The position numbers were made by a program, and so were the translations under genes. A DNA stretch of 25,138 bases, from the NCBI GenBank assembly GCA_040904565.1, contig JBBDTI010000066.1, positions 1 to 25,138 on the forward strand. Direction: 5' to 3'. Under the pieces are notes generated by a model, which was given only the letters and a program-made list of their open reading frames with translations, did no database searches and was not told the DNA's origin. This DNA comes from Rhodothermales bacterium (GTDB lineage: Bacteria > Bacteroidota > Rhodothermia > Rhodothermales > VXPQ01). Position 1 is the first letter of the stretch. Each line of letters begins with the position of its first letter. Positions 1 through 8,676 of the stretch are shown piece after piece.

Positions 1-44
1 CGGCCGATACCCTGGCTCGCTCCGGTAACCAGTACGATGGGCAT
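1..44 (-). CDS. Short-chain dehydrogenase/reductase (SDR), 5' fragment running off the window edge; possible sepiapterin-reductase-like enzyme
   Basis: Not in the ORF track. The reverse complement of 1-44 reads ATG CCC ATC GTA CTG GTT ACC GGA GCG AGC CAG GGT ATC GGC CG = MPIVLVTGASQGIGR, the classical SDR TGxxxGxG dinucleotide-binding motif. GGGGAG lies 7 nt upstream of the ATG, and the ATG is 12 nt after the folE stop. Confidence 0.8.
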   Translation of the reverse strand, partial: MPIVLVTGASQGIG

Positions 45-56
45 AAATACGCTCCC

Positions 57-770
57 CTAATCGCCGTTGATGAGCCGCATGAACTCCGCCCGCGTCGCCG
101 GCTTCATGAACTCGCCGCTCATGGCGCTCGTCGTCGTCGTCGAATTCTGCTTTTCCGCACCGCGCATCATCATGCAGAGGTGCTTCGCCTCGATGACGAC
201 GGCCACGCCGAGCGGACTCAACACGTCCGAGATGGCGTCACGCACCTGCAGGGTCAGGCGTTCCTGTACCTGCAGCCGGCGGGCGAACACGTCGACGACG
301 CGCGGGATCTTGCTCAGTCCGACGATCTTTCCGTCGGGTATGTAGGCCACGTGGGCACGCCCAAAAAACGGCAGCATGTGGTGCTCGCACAGCGAATACA
401 CCTCGATGTCCTTCACCAGGATCATCTCGCTGTAGTCTTCTTCGAAGATGGCCGAGGTAAGGATCGCCTCGGGATCCATGTGATACCCGTGCAAGAGAAA
501 CTGATACGCCTTAGCGACGCGCTCGGGCGTCTTCAGCAGTCCCTCGCGCGAGGGATCTTCCCCGAGCTCGCGGATAATGTCGGCGACGCGATCACTGATC
601 GTCTCGGTCGTTTCCTCGCGGTACAGGTCGTTTCGCTGATAAAGCACCGGTGCGTCCATATCCACCTCGCCGTTCGCCCCGAAGTCGTCCGCGCCCCGTC
701 CCTCGCGACGATCGGTTCGTTCGGTGTCTTTCACGTCTGGATTCTGATCCACGTTGCGATTGCTACTCAC
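57..770 (-). CDS. folE: GTP cyclohydrolase I
   Basis: Motifs [24 protein letters not shown] (Zn ligands), [25 protein letters not shown]. Start placed at GTG 770, overlapping the PTPS stop (GTGAGTAG). ATG 659 is an alternative; the track start at 872 overlaps PTPS too far. Confidence 0.95.
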   Translation of the reverse strand: MSSNRNVDQNPDVKDTERTDRREGRGADDFGANGEVDMDAPVLYQRNDLYREETTETISDRVADIIRELGEDPSREGLLKTPERVAKAYQFLLHGYHMDPEAILTSAIFEEDYSEMILVKDIEVYSLCEHHMLPFFGRAHVAYIPDGKIVGLSKIPRVVDVFARRLQVQERLTLQVRDAISDVLSPLGVAVVIEAKHLCMMMRGAEKQNSTTTTSAMSGEFMKPATRAEFMRLINGD

Positions 771-1176
771 CGTAATATTCCGCCGAGTTGTTATGGGTCT
801 CCACGAGCCGAACCTTGTGAAGCCGGCCGGACGGCAAGGCGTCCTCGAGCTCGTTCCAGATGGCGACGGCAAAGTTCTCCGTCGAGGGCATGATGCCCTC
901 CATGAAGCCGACGTCGAGGTTCAGATTGGCATGGTCACACTTGTCGATAACCTTTTCCTGAAGGATACGCTTGAGGGCGGCCAGATCGATGACGAAACCG
1001 GTCTCGTCACTCGGCTCCCCCGCAACGGTAACCTCCAGGGTATAGTTGTGTCCGTGCCAGTTCGGATTGTTACACTTTCCGAACGTCTCCCGATTCCATT
1101 CGTCGGATTTCTCCGGGTTGTGAAGCCGGTGCGCCGCGTTGAAGCGGGCCTTTCGCGTTACGTAAACGAGCGCCAT
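763..1176 (-). CDS. 6-pyruvoyltetrahydropterin synthase (PTPS/QueD family), CX5HGH (PTPS-II-type) motif
   Basis: [45 protein letters not shown]. Start at ATG 1176 (MALVYVTRK), 137 aa, typical family length. Confidence 0.93.
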   Translation of the reverse strand: MALVYVTRKARFNAAHRLHNPEKSDEWNRETFGKCNNPNWHGHNYTLEVTVAGEPSDETGFVIDLAALKRILQEKVIDKCDHANLNLDVGFMEGIMPSTENFAVAIWNELEDALPSGRLHKVRLVETHNNSAEYYGE

Positions 1177-1254
1177 GTATCGTATCGAATGCCTTTGCCG
1201 GATTCGTCGTGATGAGGTCGACGCTTGCAAGGCATCGGCCTCCCCACTTGCACG

Positions 1255-1282
1255 TTGAAGACAGACCATTGTTCGTTATATT
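1255..1282 (+). promoter_or_regulatory. Possible sigma70-type promoter for the HIT gene
   Basis: TTGAAG (1255-1260), 16-nt spacer, TATATT (1277-1282), in the AT-richer divergent spacer about 60 nt upstream of ATG 1342. Confidence 0.35.
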
Positions 1283-1341
1283 GAACGTCGATCGGCGCAG
1301 CGATGACGGCGCAGGTTTCTTCGCACGAAATTGGGGGTGGG

Positions 1342-1689
1342 ATGTCTGACGAGCGAACGCTATTCCAGAAGATCGCGGACGGTGACGTACCGGCCGACAT
1401 GGTGTATGAGGACGACGCGTGCATCGCCTTTCGAGATATCAATCCACAGGCGCCGACCCACATCCTGATCGTTCCCCGTAAGCCGATCCCCAGCCTCGAC
1501 GATCTCGATGAGGTAGACGAGCCCCTGGTGGGTCACCTGTTCACGGTGGCACGAAAGCTGGCAGAAGACGAGGGACTCGACGACGGCTATCGAGCGGTCT
1601 TCAACTGCGGTCCGGCTGCCGGGCAGTCCGTCGATCACGTCCACCTGCACCTCCTCGGTGGGCGCACGCTGAACTGGCCACCCGGCTGA
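1342..1689 (+). CDS. hinT: Histidine triad nucleotide-binding protein (Hint, purine nucleoside phosphoramidase)
   Basis: LFQKI, AFRDINPQAPTHILIVP, GQSVDHVHLHLLGG (HxHxH triad), C-terminal WPPG. Start at ATG 1342 after a G-rich tract. Confidence 0.93.
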   Translation: MSDERTLFQKIADGDVPADMVYEDDACIAFRDINPQAPTHILIVPRKPIPSLDDLDEVDEPLVGHLFTVARKLAEDEGLDDGYRAVFNCGPAAGQSVDHVHLHLLGGRTLNWPPG

Positions 1690-1764
1690 CGATCCCTGAC
1701 GGACGCCCCTCCGTCGATTCCGGACGAGACCGACGGCTTCCACGACTCCGCCGACAGCAAGCCT

Positions 1765-3840
1765 ATGCGTCCACTTTCCGGGACTCTACCGCGTACGTGT
1801 GGAAGCCCGCGGCTGTCGTACGTGGGTGCAGCCGCGCGCCTTCTCCTGCTCGCGGCTTTTCTCACGGCATACCCTGCCGTGGCGCAGAACGAACAGGTCC
1901 TGACGACGGGATTTGAGCGCGACGTAAACCGGTATCGGTGGACGTCCACGGCACGCATCTCACAGCAGATAGGCTCCTGGCGCCTCGACGCCGACAACCA
2001 GTTTCAGTCGAACGCATTCATTCTCTTCGGGGACCGTCTCAACTTCCGGGACGAGAACCTGCTTACCTGGCAGGTAGAAGGACCGCTGCATGGCGGCATC
2101 GACGCTCGTCTCCGCGGCAGGTCACTCTGGTACACGCAAAGCCGCGTCTTTTCGCAGGTCGTCTATTCGGGCTTGCGGTTCTCGCCGCTGGAGCAATTCT
2201 GGATCGAGCCCGCCGTTGGATTCGCCTGGGACCGGCGCCCGGGAATCGGCGAAGGAGAATCGCCTCCGCTGCGGGCAGACTTCGGTCCGGCATACGCGAC
2301 GCGATTGGTCTGGCGTCCATCCCCCATCAACGACTATGAGATCCGCGTCGATGCCGATGCGGCCTTTCAGGTCATCAATCCCCGCCGGGCACGAGAGGTG
2401 CGGGTGACGGGGGACGTGGCGCGGCGCTTCGATGACGTGCGCCTCACGAGCCACGTGCAGTACAGCAATTTTCGGCGCGATGCCTATCAGTCTGTCTCCT
2501 TCCTGAATCGCACCACACCCACGGACCGCCTCTCGGAAACCGTGGAGGCTACGGCCAGCGACACGCTCTTGGCCGGGCTCGAAATCGAAGCCCCGCTCTA
2601 TAGGGAGGTGCAGCTGACCGGCAGAATCGACGTCGGGGCCAACAATCGCAGGATCCGAACGCTGCGGGCCCCCGAGGACGCGCTTTTCTTCGATACGGCG
2701 TTCAACCGTCGATCGGTAGACGGACAGATCGGCGTCGGGTACGGCGCACTGGGAGGAACGCGCCTGATGGGACATCTGTCGGCCCAGGGCGGGGCGGAGG
2801 TGGAACGTCGCCGTCTTACCAACCGCGAGCATCTTCCCGCGACACAGGCCGCCCAGAAGTCGAATCTTCTCGAGCAGGCCGACTACGATGAGGGCCTTCT
2901 GGCGTTGCGCGCGCGGGGTCGAGCCGGGCTCGGACGGCTCACCTTCAGTTTCGACGGAAGCAGCAGCATCCGCCGGCACGATACGCCGGAGACGAATCGG
3001 GACGACAGAGATGAGGTCTATCACAACGGCCAGGTCGGCGCGCTGGTCGACGTCAATCGCTATCTGACGGCGGACGTGCGTGTGCTTGGCACGTTCTACC
3101 ATACGGTTTACCTTAGCGCCAGCCGGTCGGCCGAGAACAACGTTCAGCGCTCGCTGCGCCTGCGGCCGGCCCTAACGTGGACGCCCTCAACACGCACGCG
3201 TCTTCGAATGGGTACCGAGATCCGCGCCACCTATACGGTGCACGACTTCACCCTCCCCGGCCGCCGCGCCGCCGACCAGTCCGCCCGAGAACTCCGCTAT
3301 ACCGCCGAGGTCGAACACCGCTTCGGCGGTGGCATGGGTCTCTTCGCGGAGGGCAGTGCGAGCGACCTTCAGCTGGGTCGGCTGCTATGGGATGACTTCG
3401 CGGAGATTCCGTTCGACACGCTCCGCACGTACAGCGGATGGGTCCGCTTTCAGGTGCAGACGTCACAGGGCATTACGGCGGATGTCGGACTGCGGCTTTT
3501 CATCCGAACGGATTTCGAGCGCTCAGCCACGGTTCGGTATCCGGCCGTCGACGACGACGGCACGGCGCTGCTCGATCCGAACGGCGAGCCGATCGAAACG
3601 GGCATCACGCGGCCCGGGCGCACCATTATCGAACAGATCGGACCCACCTGCTCGATCTCGTGGCCGATGGGCGGCGGATCGAGCCTTCGCGTGGATGGCT
3701 GGCTGAACGTCCAGCACGTCCGCCGCGCACTTTACGGACAGCTGCCCGAACAAGATGTCGAACGCATCCGCCGCGCCGCACATCGCGGGCAACGCAAGAT
3801 CATCCCGAACTTGTCTATGGTTGCGTCGTGGAGTCTGTAG
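1765..3840 (+). CDS. Hypothetical exported protein, probable large outer-membrane beta-barrel
   Basis: 691-aa ORF filling the gap between hinT and coaE in the same direction. Signal-peptide-like segment RLLLLAAFLTAYPAVA|Q, no further long hydrophobic helices, many alternating polar/hydrophobic strands with aromatics, C-terminus LSMVASWSL. Start could be GTG 1822. Confidence 0.7.
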   Translation: MRPLSGTLPRTCGSPRLSYVGAAARLLLLAAFLTAYPAVAQNEQVLTTGFERDVNRYRWTSTARISQQIGSWRLDADNQFQSNAFILFGDRLNFRDENLLTWQVEGPLHGGIDARLRGRSLWYTQSRVFSQVVYSGLRFSPLEQFWIEPAVGFAWDRRPGIGEGESPPLRADFGPAYATRLVWRPSPINDYEIRVDADAAFQVINPRRAREVRVTGDVARRFDDVRLTSHVQYSNFRRDAYQSVSFLNRTTPTDRLSETVEATASDTLLAGLEIEAPLYREVQLTGRIDVGANNRRIRTLRAPEDALFFDTAFNRRSVDGQIGVGYGALGGTRLMGHLSAQGGAEVERRRLTNREHLPATQAAQKSNLLEQADYDEGLLALRARGRAGLGRLTFSFDGSSSIRRHDTPETNRDDRDEVYHNGQVGALVDVNRYLTADVRVLGTFYHTVYLSASRSAENNVQRSLRLRPALTWTPSTRTRLRMGTEIRATYTVHDFTLPGRRAADQSARELRYTAEVEHRFGGGMGLFAEGSASDLQLGRLLWDDFAEIPFDTLRTYSGWVRFQVQTSQGITADVGLRLFIRTDFERSATVRYPAVDDDGTALLDPNGEPIETGITRPGRTIIEQIGPTCSISWPMGGGSSLRVDGWLNVQHVRRALYGQLPEQDVERIRRAAHRGQRKIIPNLSMVASWSL

Positions 3841-3902
3841 CTAGGCCGTGTATTTCAGCAGGCTTTTAGTACGTTAGGATCTGACAATCAACGATAACCA
3901 CG

Positions 3903-4502
3903 ATGAAACGACTCGGCGTCACCGGCGGTATCGGCAGCGGAAAGACGACGGTTTGCCGAATGCTCGAAGAGATGGGGGCTCGCGTGTTCTACGCGGATGA
4001 GGAGGGAAAGCAGCTGCTGGTGGACGACCCCGAGGCACGGCGAGAGGTGATCGCGGCCTTCGGTGCGGACAGCTACCACGACGACGGCCGGCTGAACCGG
4101 GCGTTCCTGGCCGATCAGGTCTTTTCGGATGACGAAAAGCTGGAGCGACTCAATCGCATCGTGCATCCTCGCGTGCTGGCGCGATTCGAGAAGGTTGCGG
4201 AAAAGGCGGAACGTGAGCACGTACCGTTGATGGTCAAGGAGGCGGCGCTCATTTTCGAGTCGGGAGGCGAGGCGTTGCTCGATGCCGTGGCCGTCGTCGA
4301 CGCACCGCGCGAGGAGCGCATCGCACGCGTCGTGGCGCGCGACGACGCGGAGCCCGCCGACGTGAAGGCACGCATGCGCCACCAGATGGAGCCGGCGGAG
4401 CTGCGGCGCAGAGCCGACGTGGTCATCGAGAACGACGGAGATCTCCCGCAGCTCAGGAAACAGGTCGAGGCGCTCTATGAAGACATGTCTGTGAAGCCAT
4501 GA
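3903..4502 (+). CDS. coaE: Dephospho-CoA kinase
   Basis: GVTGGIGSGKT P-loop, LNRIVHPRV, EAALIFE, ADVVIEN; 199 aa. Confidence 0.96.
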   Translation: MKRLGVTGGIGSGKTTVCRMLEEMGARVFYADEEGKQLLVDDPEARREVIAAFGADSYHDDGRLNRAFLADQVFSDDEKLERLNRIVHPRVLARFEKVAEKAEREHVPLMVKEAALIFESGGEALLDAVAVVDAPREERIARVVARDDAEPADVKARMRHQMEPAELRRRADVVIENDGDLPQLRKQVEALYEDMSVKP

Positions 4503-4517
4503 CGCCGTCGAGCCGGA

Positions 4518-5792
4518 TCAGAGGATCTTCTTCAGCACGTTCCGGTCGTGCTCGTCGACCTCACCCAGAATCAGGTGCCCCATGCGGTCGCGCTTCGTCT
4601 CGAGGTACCGGTGGTTGACTTCATTCGGCGCGATCTCGATCGGCACGCGCTCGACGATCTCGAGGCCGTAGCCCGCGAGCCCGACGCGCTTGGTCGGATT
4701 GTTCGTCATCAGCCGGAGCTTCCGAATGCCCAGGTCGCGGAGAATCTGGCATCCGATCCCGTAGTCGCGGTGATCCATCTTGAACCCGAGCGCCTCGTTG
4801 GCCTCGACCGTGTCCATGCCCTCCTGCTGCAGCTTGTACGCGCGGAGCTTGTTGATCAGCCCGATGCCGCGTCCCTCCTGCTTCATATACAGCACGACGC
4901 CGCGTCCTTCCTGCTCGACCCGCTGCATGGCCCGCGCGAGCTGATCGCCGCAATCGCATCGCTTCGATCCGAAGATGTCACCCGTCACGCACTGCGAATG
5001 CACGCGGACCAGGACGGATTCCCCGGCCTGCCACGTTCCTTTGACGAGCGCGAGATGCGCCTCCTCCGTAATCGTATCCTGATAGGCGATCAGGTTGAAA
5101 TCACCGAACCGCGTAGGCATCTCCACTTCGACGACGCGCTGGACCAGCCGCTCCGTCATCATCCGATGTTCGATCAGATCCTTGATCGTGATGATGCGCA
5201 TGTCCAGCCGGTCGGCCATATCGAGGAGGTCGGGCACCCGGGCCATCGTTCCATCCTCCTTCATGATCTCCACGAGGACGCCGACGGGCTCGCATCCGGC
5301 CAGGCGCGCCAGATCCACCGCCGCCTCCGTATGGCCGGCACGGCGCAGCACGCCGCCCGTCTGGGCCCGCAGCGGGAAAACGTGACCGGGCCGCGCGAGA
5401 TCGATGGGACGCGTGTTGGGGTTGGCGAGCGCGCGGAGCGTCTTCGCGCGGTCGGGAGCGGAAATGCCCGTCGTGGTTCCAACGCTGTAATCGACCGAGA
5501 CCGTGAAGGGCGTATCGTACAGCGAGGTGTTACCGCCCACCATCATGTCCAGATCGAGCTCGGCGGCCCGCTCGTGCGTGATCGTAGCGCAGATCAGCCC
5601 GCGGCCCTGCGTCGCCATGAAATTGACGAGCTCGGGCGTAATCTTCTCGGCAACGCCGATGAAGTCTCCCTCGTTCTCGCGGTCCTCGTCATCTACGGCG
5701 ATGATGAGCTTGCCGCGTCGAAGGTCCTCTATGGCGTCGTCGATCGAATCAAACGGACGCCTGTATTCTCGGGATGCCTTCTCGCTGTGCAT
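4518..5792 (-). CDS. ribBA: Bifunctional DHBP synthase / GTP cyclohydrolase II
   Basis: RibB motifs [33 protein letters not shown]. RibA motifs [45 protein letters not shown]. Confidence 0.97.
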   Translation of the reverse strand: MHSEKASREYRRPFDSIDDAIEDLRRGKLIIAVDDEDRENEGDFIGVAEKITPELVNFMATQGRGLICATITHERAAELDLDMMVGGNTSLYDTPFTVSVDYSVGTTTGISAPDRAKTLRALANPNTRPIDLARPGHVFPLRAQTGGVLRRAGHTEAAVDLARLAGCEPVGVLVEIMKEDGTMARVPDLLDMADRLDMRIITIKDLIEHRMMTERLVQRVVEVEMPTRFGDFNLIAYQDTITEEAHLALVKGTWQAGESVLVRVHSQCVTGDIFGSKRCDCGDQLARAMQRVEQEGRGVVLYMKQEGRGIGLINKLRAYKLQQEGMDTVEANEALGFKMDHRDYGIGCQILRDLGIRKLRLMTNNPTKRVGLAGYGLEIVERVPIEIAPNEVNHRYLETKRDRMGHLILGEVDEHDRNVLKKIL

Positions 5793-5893
5793 GCCGGATT
5801 AACGAATTCGTTCGACTGGCGGCGTGCGGAGACACGGATGGACGCAAAGGCCATGGGGCGGCAGGGCCGACCTTCAAATGGATCGAGCGACGA

Positions 5894-6202
5894 TCAGTCC
5901 TTCGAACCGACGTTGGCCACCGCGTTCTTATCGATCCGAAGCTTTACATTCGTGTCTGCCTGAATCAGGAGACTGGAATCGTCGATCTGCGTAACCGTTC
6001 CATGAACGCCGCCGATCGTGACGACCTTGTCGCCCTTCTTGACACCTTCGATCATCTTCTTCCGCTCGTCCTCCTTCTTCTTCTGAGGGCGGATGATAAA
6101 GAAGTAGAACACTACGAAGATGAGAATCAACGGCAGGAACGTCACGAGGGGATTGGATCCCTCCGGCGGCGCGCCCATCAAAAGAATCTCGTGGAATGCC
6201 AT
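5894..6202 (-). CDS. yajC: Preprotein translocase subunit YajC
   Basis: Single TM segment ending VFYFFIIRPQKKK, then KKGDKVVTIGGVHGTV; 102 aa. Confidence 0.96.
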   Translation of the reverse strand: MAFHEILLMGAPPEGSNPLVTFLPLILIFVVFYFFIIRPQKKKEDERKKMIEGVKKGDKVVTIGGVHGTVTQIDDSSLLIQADTNVKLRIDKNAVANVGSKD

Positions 6203-6229
6203 AAATCGTAGATAACGTGATGGTGGGGT

Positions 6230-6240
6230 GAAAAAAAAGA
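6230..6240 (-). terminator. U-tract directly after the SRP RNA terminal helix (probable intrinsic termination site)
   Basis: The minus strand reads CTTGCCC-TC-T9 immediately 3' of the SRP closing helix (A-run at 6230-6238 on plus). Confidence 0.55.
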
Positions 6241-6338
6241 GGGCAAGCTACCCGTATCGCGCCGCTGCGACCTCCTACCGCTGCTGCCTTCCGGCCCTGA
6301 CGGAGTTCAGAGGGAGCTGGCCGTACGGGACTTGCCCC
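6241..6338 (-). ncRNA. ffs: Bacterial small signal recognition particle RNA (4.5S)
   Basis: The minus strand contains GTCAGGGCCGGAAGGCAGCAGC (SRP helix-8 signature with GGAA tetraloop) at the centre of a ~98-nt rod. The rod is closed by GGGCAAG/CTTGCCC and CCCGTA/TACGGG. Confidence 0.95.
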
Positions 6339-6410
6339 TGTGGACCTCAAAACGAGAGGTACCATGTAAGGTTCCGTTTGCAAAGGCCCGTACGTCGCAC
6401 GTCGGCGAGG

Positions 6411-8675
6411 TCAGAATAATCCAACCGGATCTACATCAATATTGACGCGGCAACCTCGTGGAGGTTTGCCCATTTCCTCCACCGTACTCCGTAAAACCTC
6501 CTGCAGGGTGACGTCCTTCCCGCTTCTACGGGATTTCACGATCGTGTGGAAGCGGTACTGCTTCTTGACGCGGCCGATGAACGCCTCTTCCGGGCCGAGC
6601 ACGTCGACACCCACGGCACGCTTGCGAAGGGCGTCCGTCCACCGTCCGGCCAGATCGCGGGCGTCGCGAGCACGCGGCCCCTTGAATTCGATGCCCGCCA
6701 GTTTGCCGAACGGCGGATAGCCGAGCTCGTGGCGATCGCTCAGCTGGCTCTCAGCGAAAGCGCCGTAATCGTGGTCGCGCGCGTAGCGGATGATCGGGCG
6801 ATCCGGATTTCGCGTCTGGATGACGACCTCGCCGGCCAGCGACGAGCGTCCCGCCCGCCCCGCTACCTGGGACAGCAGCTGAAACGTCCGCTCTTCCGCA
6901 CGAAAGTCGGGCAGCAGGAGTCCGGTGTCCGCGTTTACGACGCCGACGAGGGTGACGTTGCCGAAATCCAGCCCCTTCGCGACCATCTGCGTACCCAGAA
7001 GGATGTCAGCCCGTCCCTCTCCGAACTCCTTCAGCAGCACGTCGTGTGCGTCCTTGCCGGACGTCGTGTCCAGATCCATGCGCACGATGCGCGCGTCCGG
7101 GAAACGTTCTTCCAGCTCCTCCTCCACCCGCTGCGTGCCGGTCCCGAGCATTTCCAGCGTACCCGTCTTGCACTTCGGGCACGCCTGAGGGACGCGCGCC
7201 GTGCGGCCGCAGTAGTGGCAGCGGAGTTGGCGCTTGCTCTTGTGGAGGGTCAGCGTGACGGAGCAATCCGGACATTCGGGCGCGAACCCGCAGCTCGTAC
7301 ACTCAAGGAGCGGCGCATATCCACGCCGATTCTGCAGGAGGATCACCTGTTCGCGGCGCTCGAGCCGCTTCGCCACGGCCCGCTCGAGGTAGTCGGACAA
7401 TACACCGGGGCTTCTCTTGCCGCGCAGGTCGAGAATGCGGACGTCCGGCATCGACGCCGTCCCACCTCCCTCCAGCGGTACGCGCTCCGGCATCTCGAGG
7501 AGCATGTATTTGCCGCCCCGCGCATTGTAATAGCTCTCCAGGCTCGGCGTGGCCGATCCGAGAATGCACACGGCGTCGTTCATATGGGCCCGCATCACGG
7601 CCACGTCGCGCGCGTTATAGCGCGGGGCGGGATCCTGCTGCTTGTAAGACTGCTCCTGCTCCTCGTCCACCACGATGAGGCCGACGTTCGACAGCGGTAC
7701 CAGAATGGCCGACCTCGGGCCGATGACGATGTCGAAGCGACCGTCACGGAGCAGGCGCCAGGCGTCGAACCGTTCACCTGGACTCATACGTGAATGGAAG
7801 ACGGCGATGCGATCGCCGAAATGACTTCGGAAGCGGCGCACGGTCTGCGGCGTGAGAGCGATCTCCGGGACGAGCACGATGCCGGTTCGCCCTTTCGCCA
7901 GCGTTTGTTTCAGTGCCTCGATGTAAACTTCCGTCTTCCCGCTTCCGGTAACGCCGTGGAGCAGAAACGCCTGAAAGCGTCGCGCATCGATCGCGTCGGC
8001 GATCGGTTTGAGTGCCGCCACCTGCCCCGGGTGCATGGAAAAGTCCGGCGGCGCTTCCGGCACCGCTTCGCTACTCATGGGCGTCCGGACGACCTCCTTC
8101 TCCACCCGCTCCACGATGCCCCGGTCCATCAGACTCTTGATGGTCGAATGCGCGGCATCGGCGCGAGCCAGGAGATCGGCCTGGCGCGGTGCTCGGACTC
8201 CCTCCGCCTGAAACCCCGCCAGCGTCTCGACGACGGCTACCTGCTTGGCACCCGGCAGATCGGCCCGCAGGTCGTCGACGGCCCCGTCGTGCCGGTACGA
8301 CGGAGCAAATCGCACGTGCAGGTCCGTCCGAATACCCACCGTCGGATCCCCCGAGGTCGTGCCGGCGGGTAGAATAGCACGGACCACCTCCCCCCAGGCG
8401 CAGACGTAATAGTCCGCCATCCATCTCGTAAGCTCCAGCAGCTCCTCCGAGAACGAGGGCGTCTCGTCGAGGACGCTGAGGGCCTCTTTGATCCTGTCCT
8501 CGTCGATCGCATGGCCGTCCGCCGCACCGCCGTGGAGCGCGACGACGATGCCCGTCAGCCTTCGCGATCCGAAGGGAACGAGCACCCTGCTGCCGACGGA
8601 CGCGCGTGTCCCCTCCGGAAGGCGATACGTAAACGATTCGGAGAGAGGAAGGGGAAGAACGACATCGACAAACAT
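6411..8675 (-). CDS. priA: Primosomal protein N' (replication restart helicase)
   Basis: N-terminal VVLPLP..FTY, VLVPFG; GVTGSGKTEVY; LVPEIALTPQ; LGSATPSLES; NRRGYAP; four CxxC Zn motifs; GTQMVAKGLDF; QVAGRAGR; C-terminal DVDP. ATG 8675 is separated from the rpe stop by 1 nt. Confidence 0.97.
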   Translation of the reverse strand: MFVDVVLPLPLSESFTYRLPEGTRASVGSRVLVPFGSRRLTGIVVALHGGAADGHAIDEDRIKEALSVLDETPSFSEELLELTRWMADYYVCAWGEVVRAILPAGTTSGDPTVGIRTDLHVRFAPSYRHDGAVDDLRADLPGAKQVAVVETLAGFQAEGVRAPRQADLLARADAAHSTIKSLMDRGIVERVEKEVVRTPMSSEAVPEAPPDFSMHPGQVAALKPIADAIDARRFQAFLLHGVTGSGKTEVYIEALKQTLAKGRTGIVLVPEIALTPQTVRRFRSHFGDRIAVFHSRMSPGERFDAWRLLRDGRFDIVIGPRSAILVPLSNVGLIVVDEEQEQSYKQQDPAPRYNARDVAVMRAHMNDAVCILGSATPSLESYYNARGGKYMLLEMPERVPLEGGGTASMPDVRILDLRGKRSPGVLSDYLERAVAKRLERREQVILLQNRRGYAPLLECTSCGFAPECPDCSVTLTLHKSKRQLRCHYCGRTARVPQACPKCKTGTLEMLGTGTQRVEEELEERFPDARIVRMDLDTTSGKDAHDVLLKEFGEGRADILLGTQMVAKGLDFGNVTLVGVVNADTGLLLPDFRAEERTFQLLSQVAGRAGRSSLAGEVVIQTRNPDRPIIRYARDHDYGAFAESQLSDRHELGYPPFGKLAGIEFKGPRARDARDLAGRWTDALRKRAVGVDVLGPEEAFIGRVKKQYRFHTIVKSRRSGKDVTLQEVLRSTVEEMGKPPRGCRVNIDVDPVGLF

Positions 8676-8676
8676 A

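Noticed and set aside
771-872. Extended folE N-terminus given by the ORF track (similarly PTPS 1177-1269, hinT 1303-1341, sigma 22871-22957)
   Set aside because: These overlap neighbouring genes or promoter regions and look non-protein-like; downstream starts fit family lengths better.
763-1176. Assigning the symbol queD
   Set aside because: The motif is CX5HGH rather than the QueD CX3HGH, and no que genes are adjacent, so the symbol was withheld.
1271-1286. GTTC-N8-GAAC inverted repeat as a LexA/SOS box
   Set aside because: Orientation and spacing do not match the LexA boxes I know (GAAC-N4-GTTC, GTTC-N7-GTTC, CTGT-N8-ACAG); 4-bp arms are expected by chance and the flanking genes are not SOS genes.
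4548-5963. 471-aa plus-strand ORF antisense to ribBA (likewise 9218-11230, 12138-13973, 15757-17190, 19043-20311, 20854-22272)
   Set aside because: Shadow ORFs from GC-rich codon bias opposite well-conserved genes; Arg/His/Val-rich with no recognisable motifs.
6356-6383. Possible ffs promoter TTGCAA-16-TACCTC on the minus strand
   Set aside because: Plausible position, but the -10 lacks the conserved final T; too weak to list.
5928-6419. ORFs 5928-6383 (-) and 6228-6419 (+) over the yajC-priA gap
   Set aside because: The region is explained by the SRP RNA and yajC.
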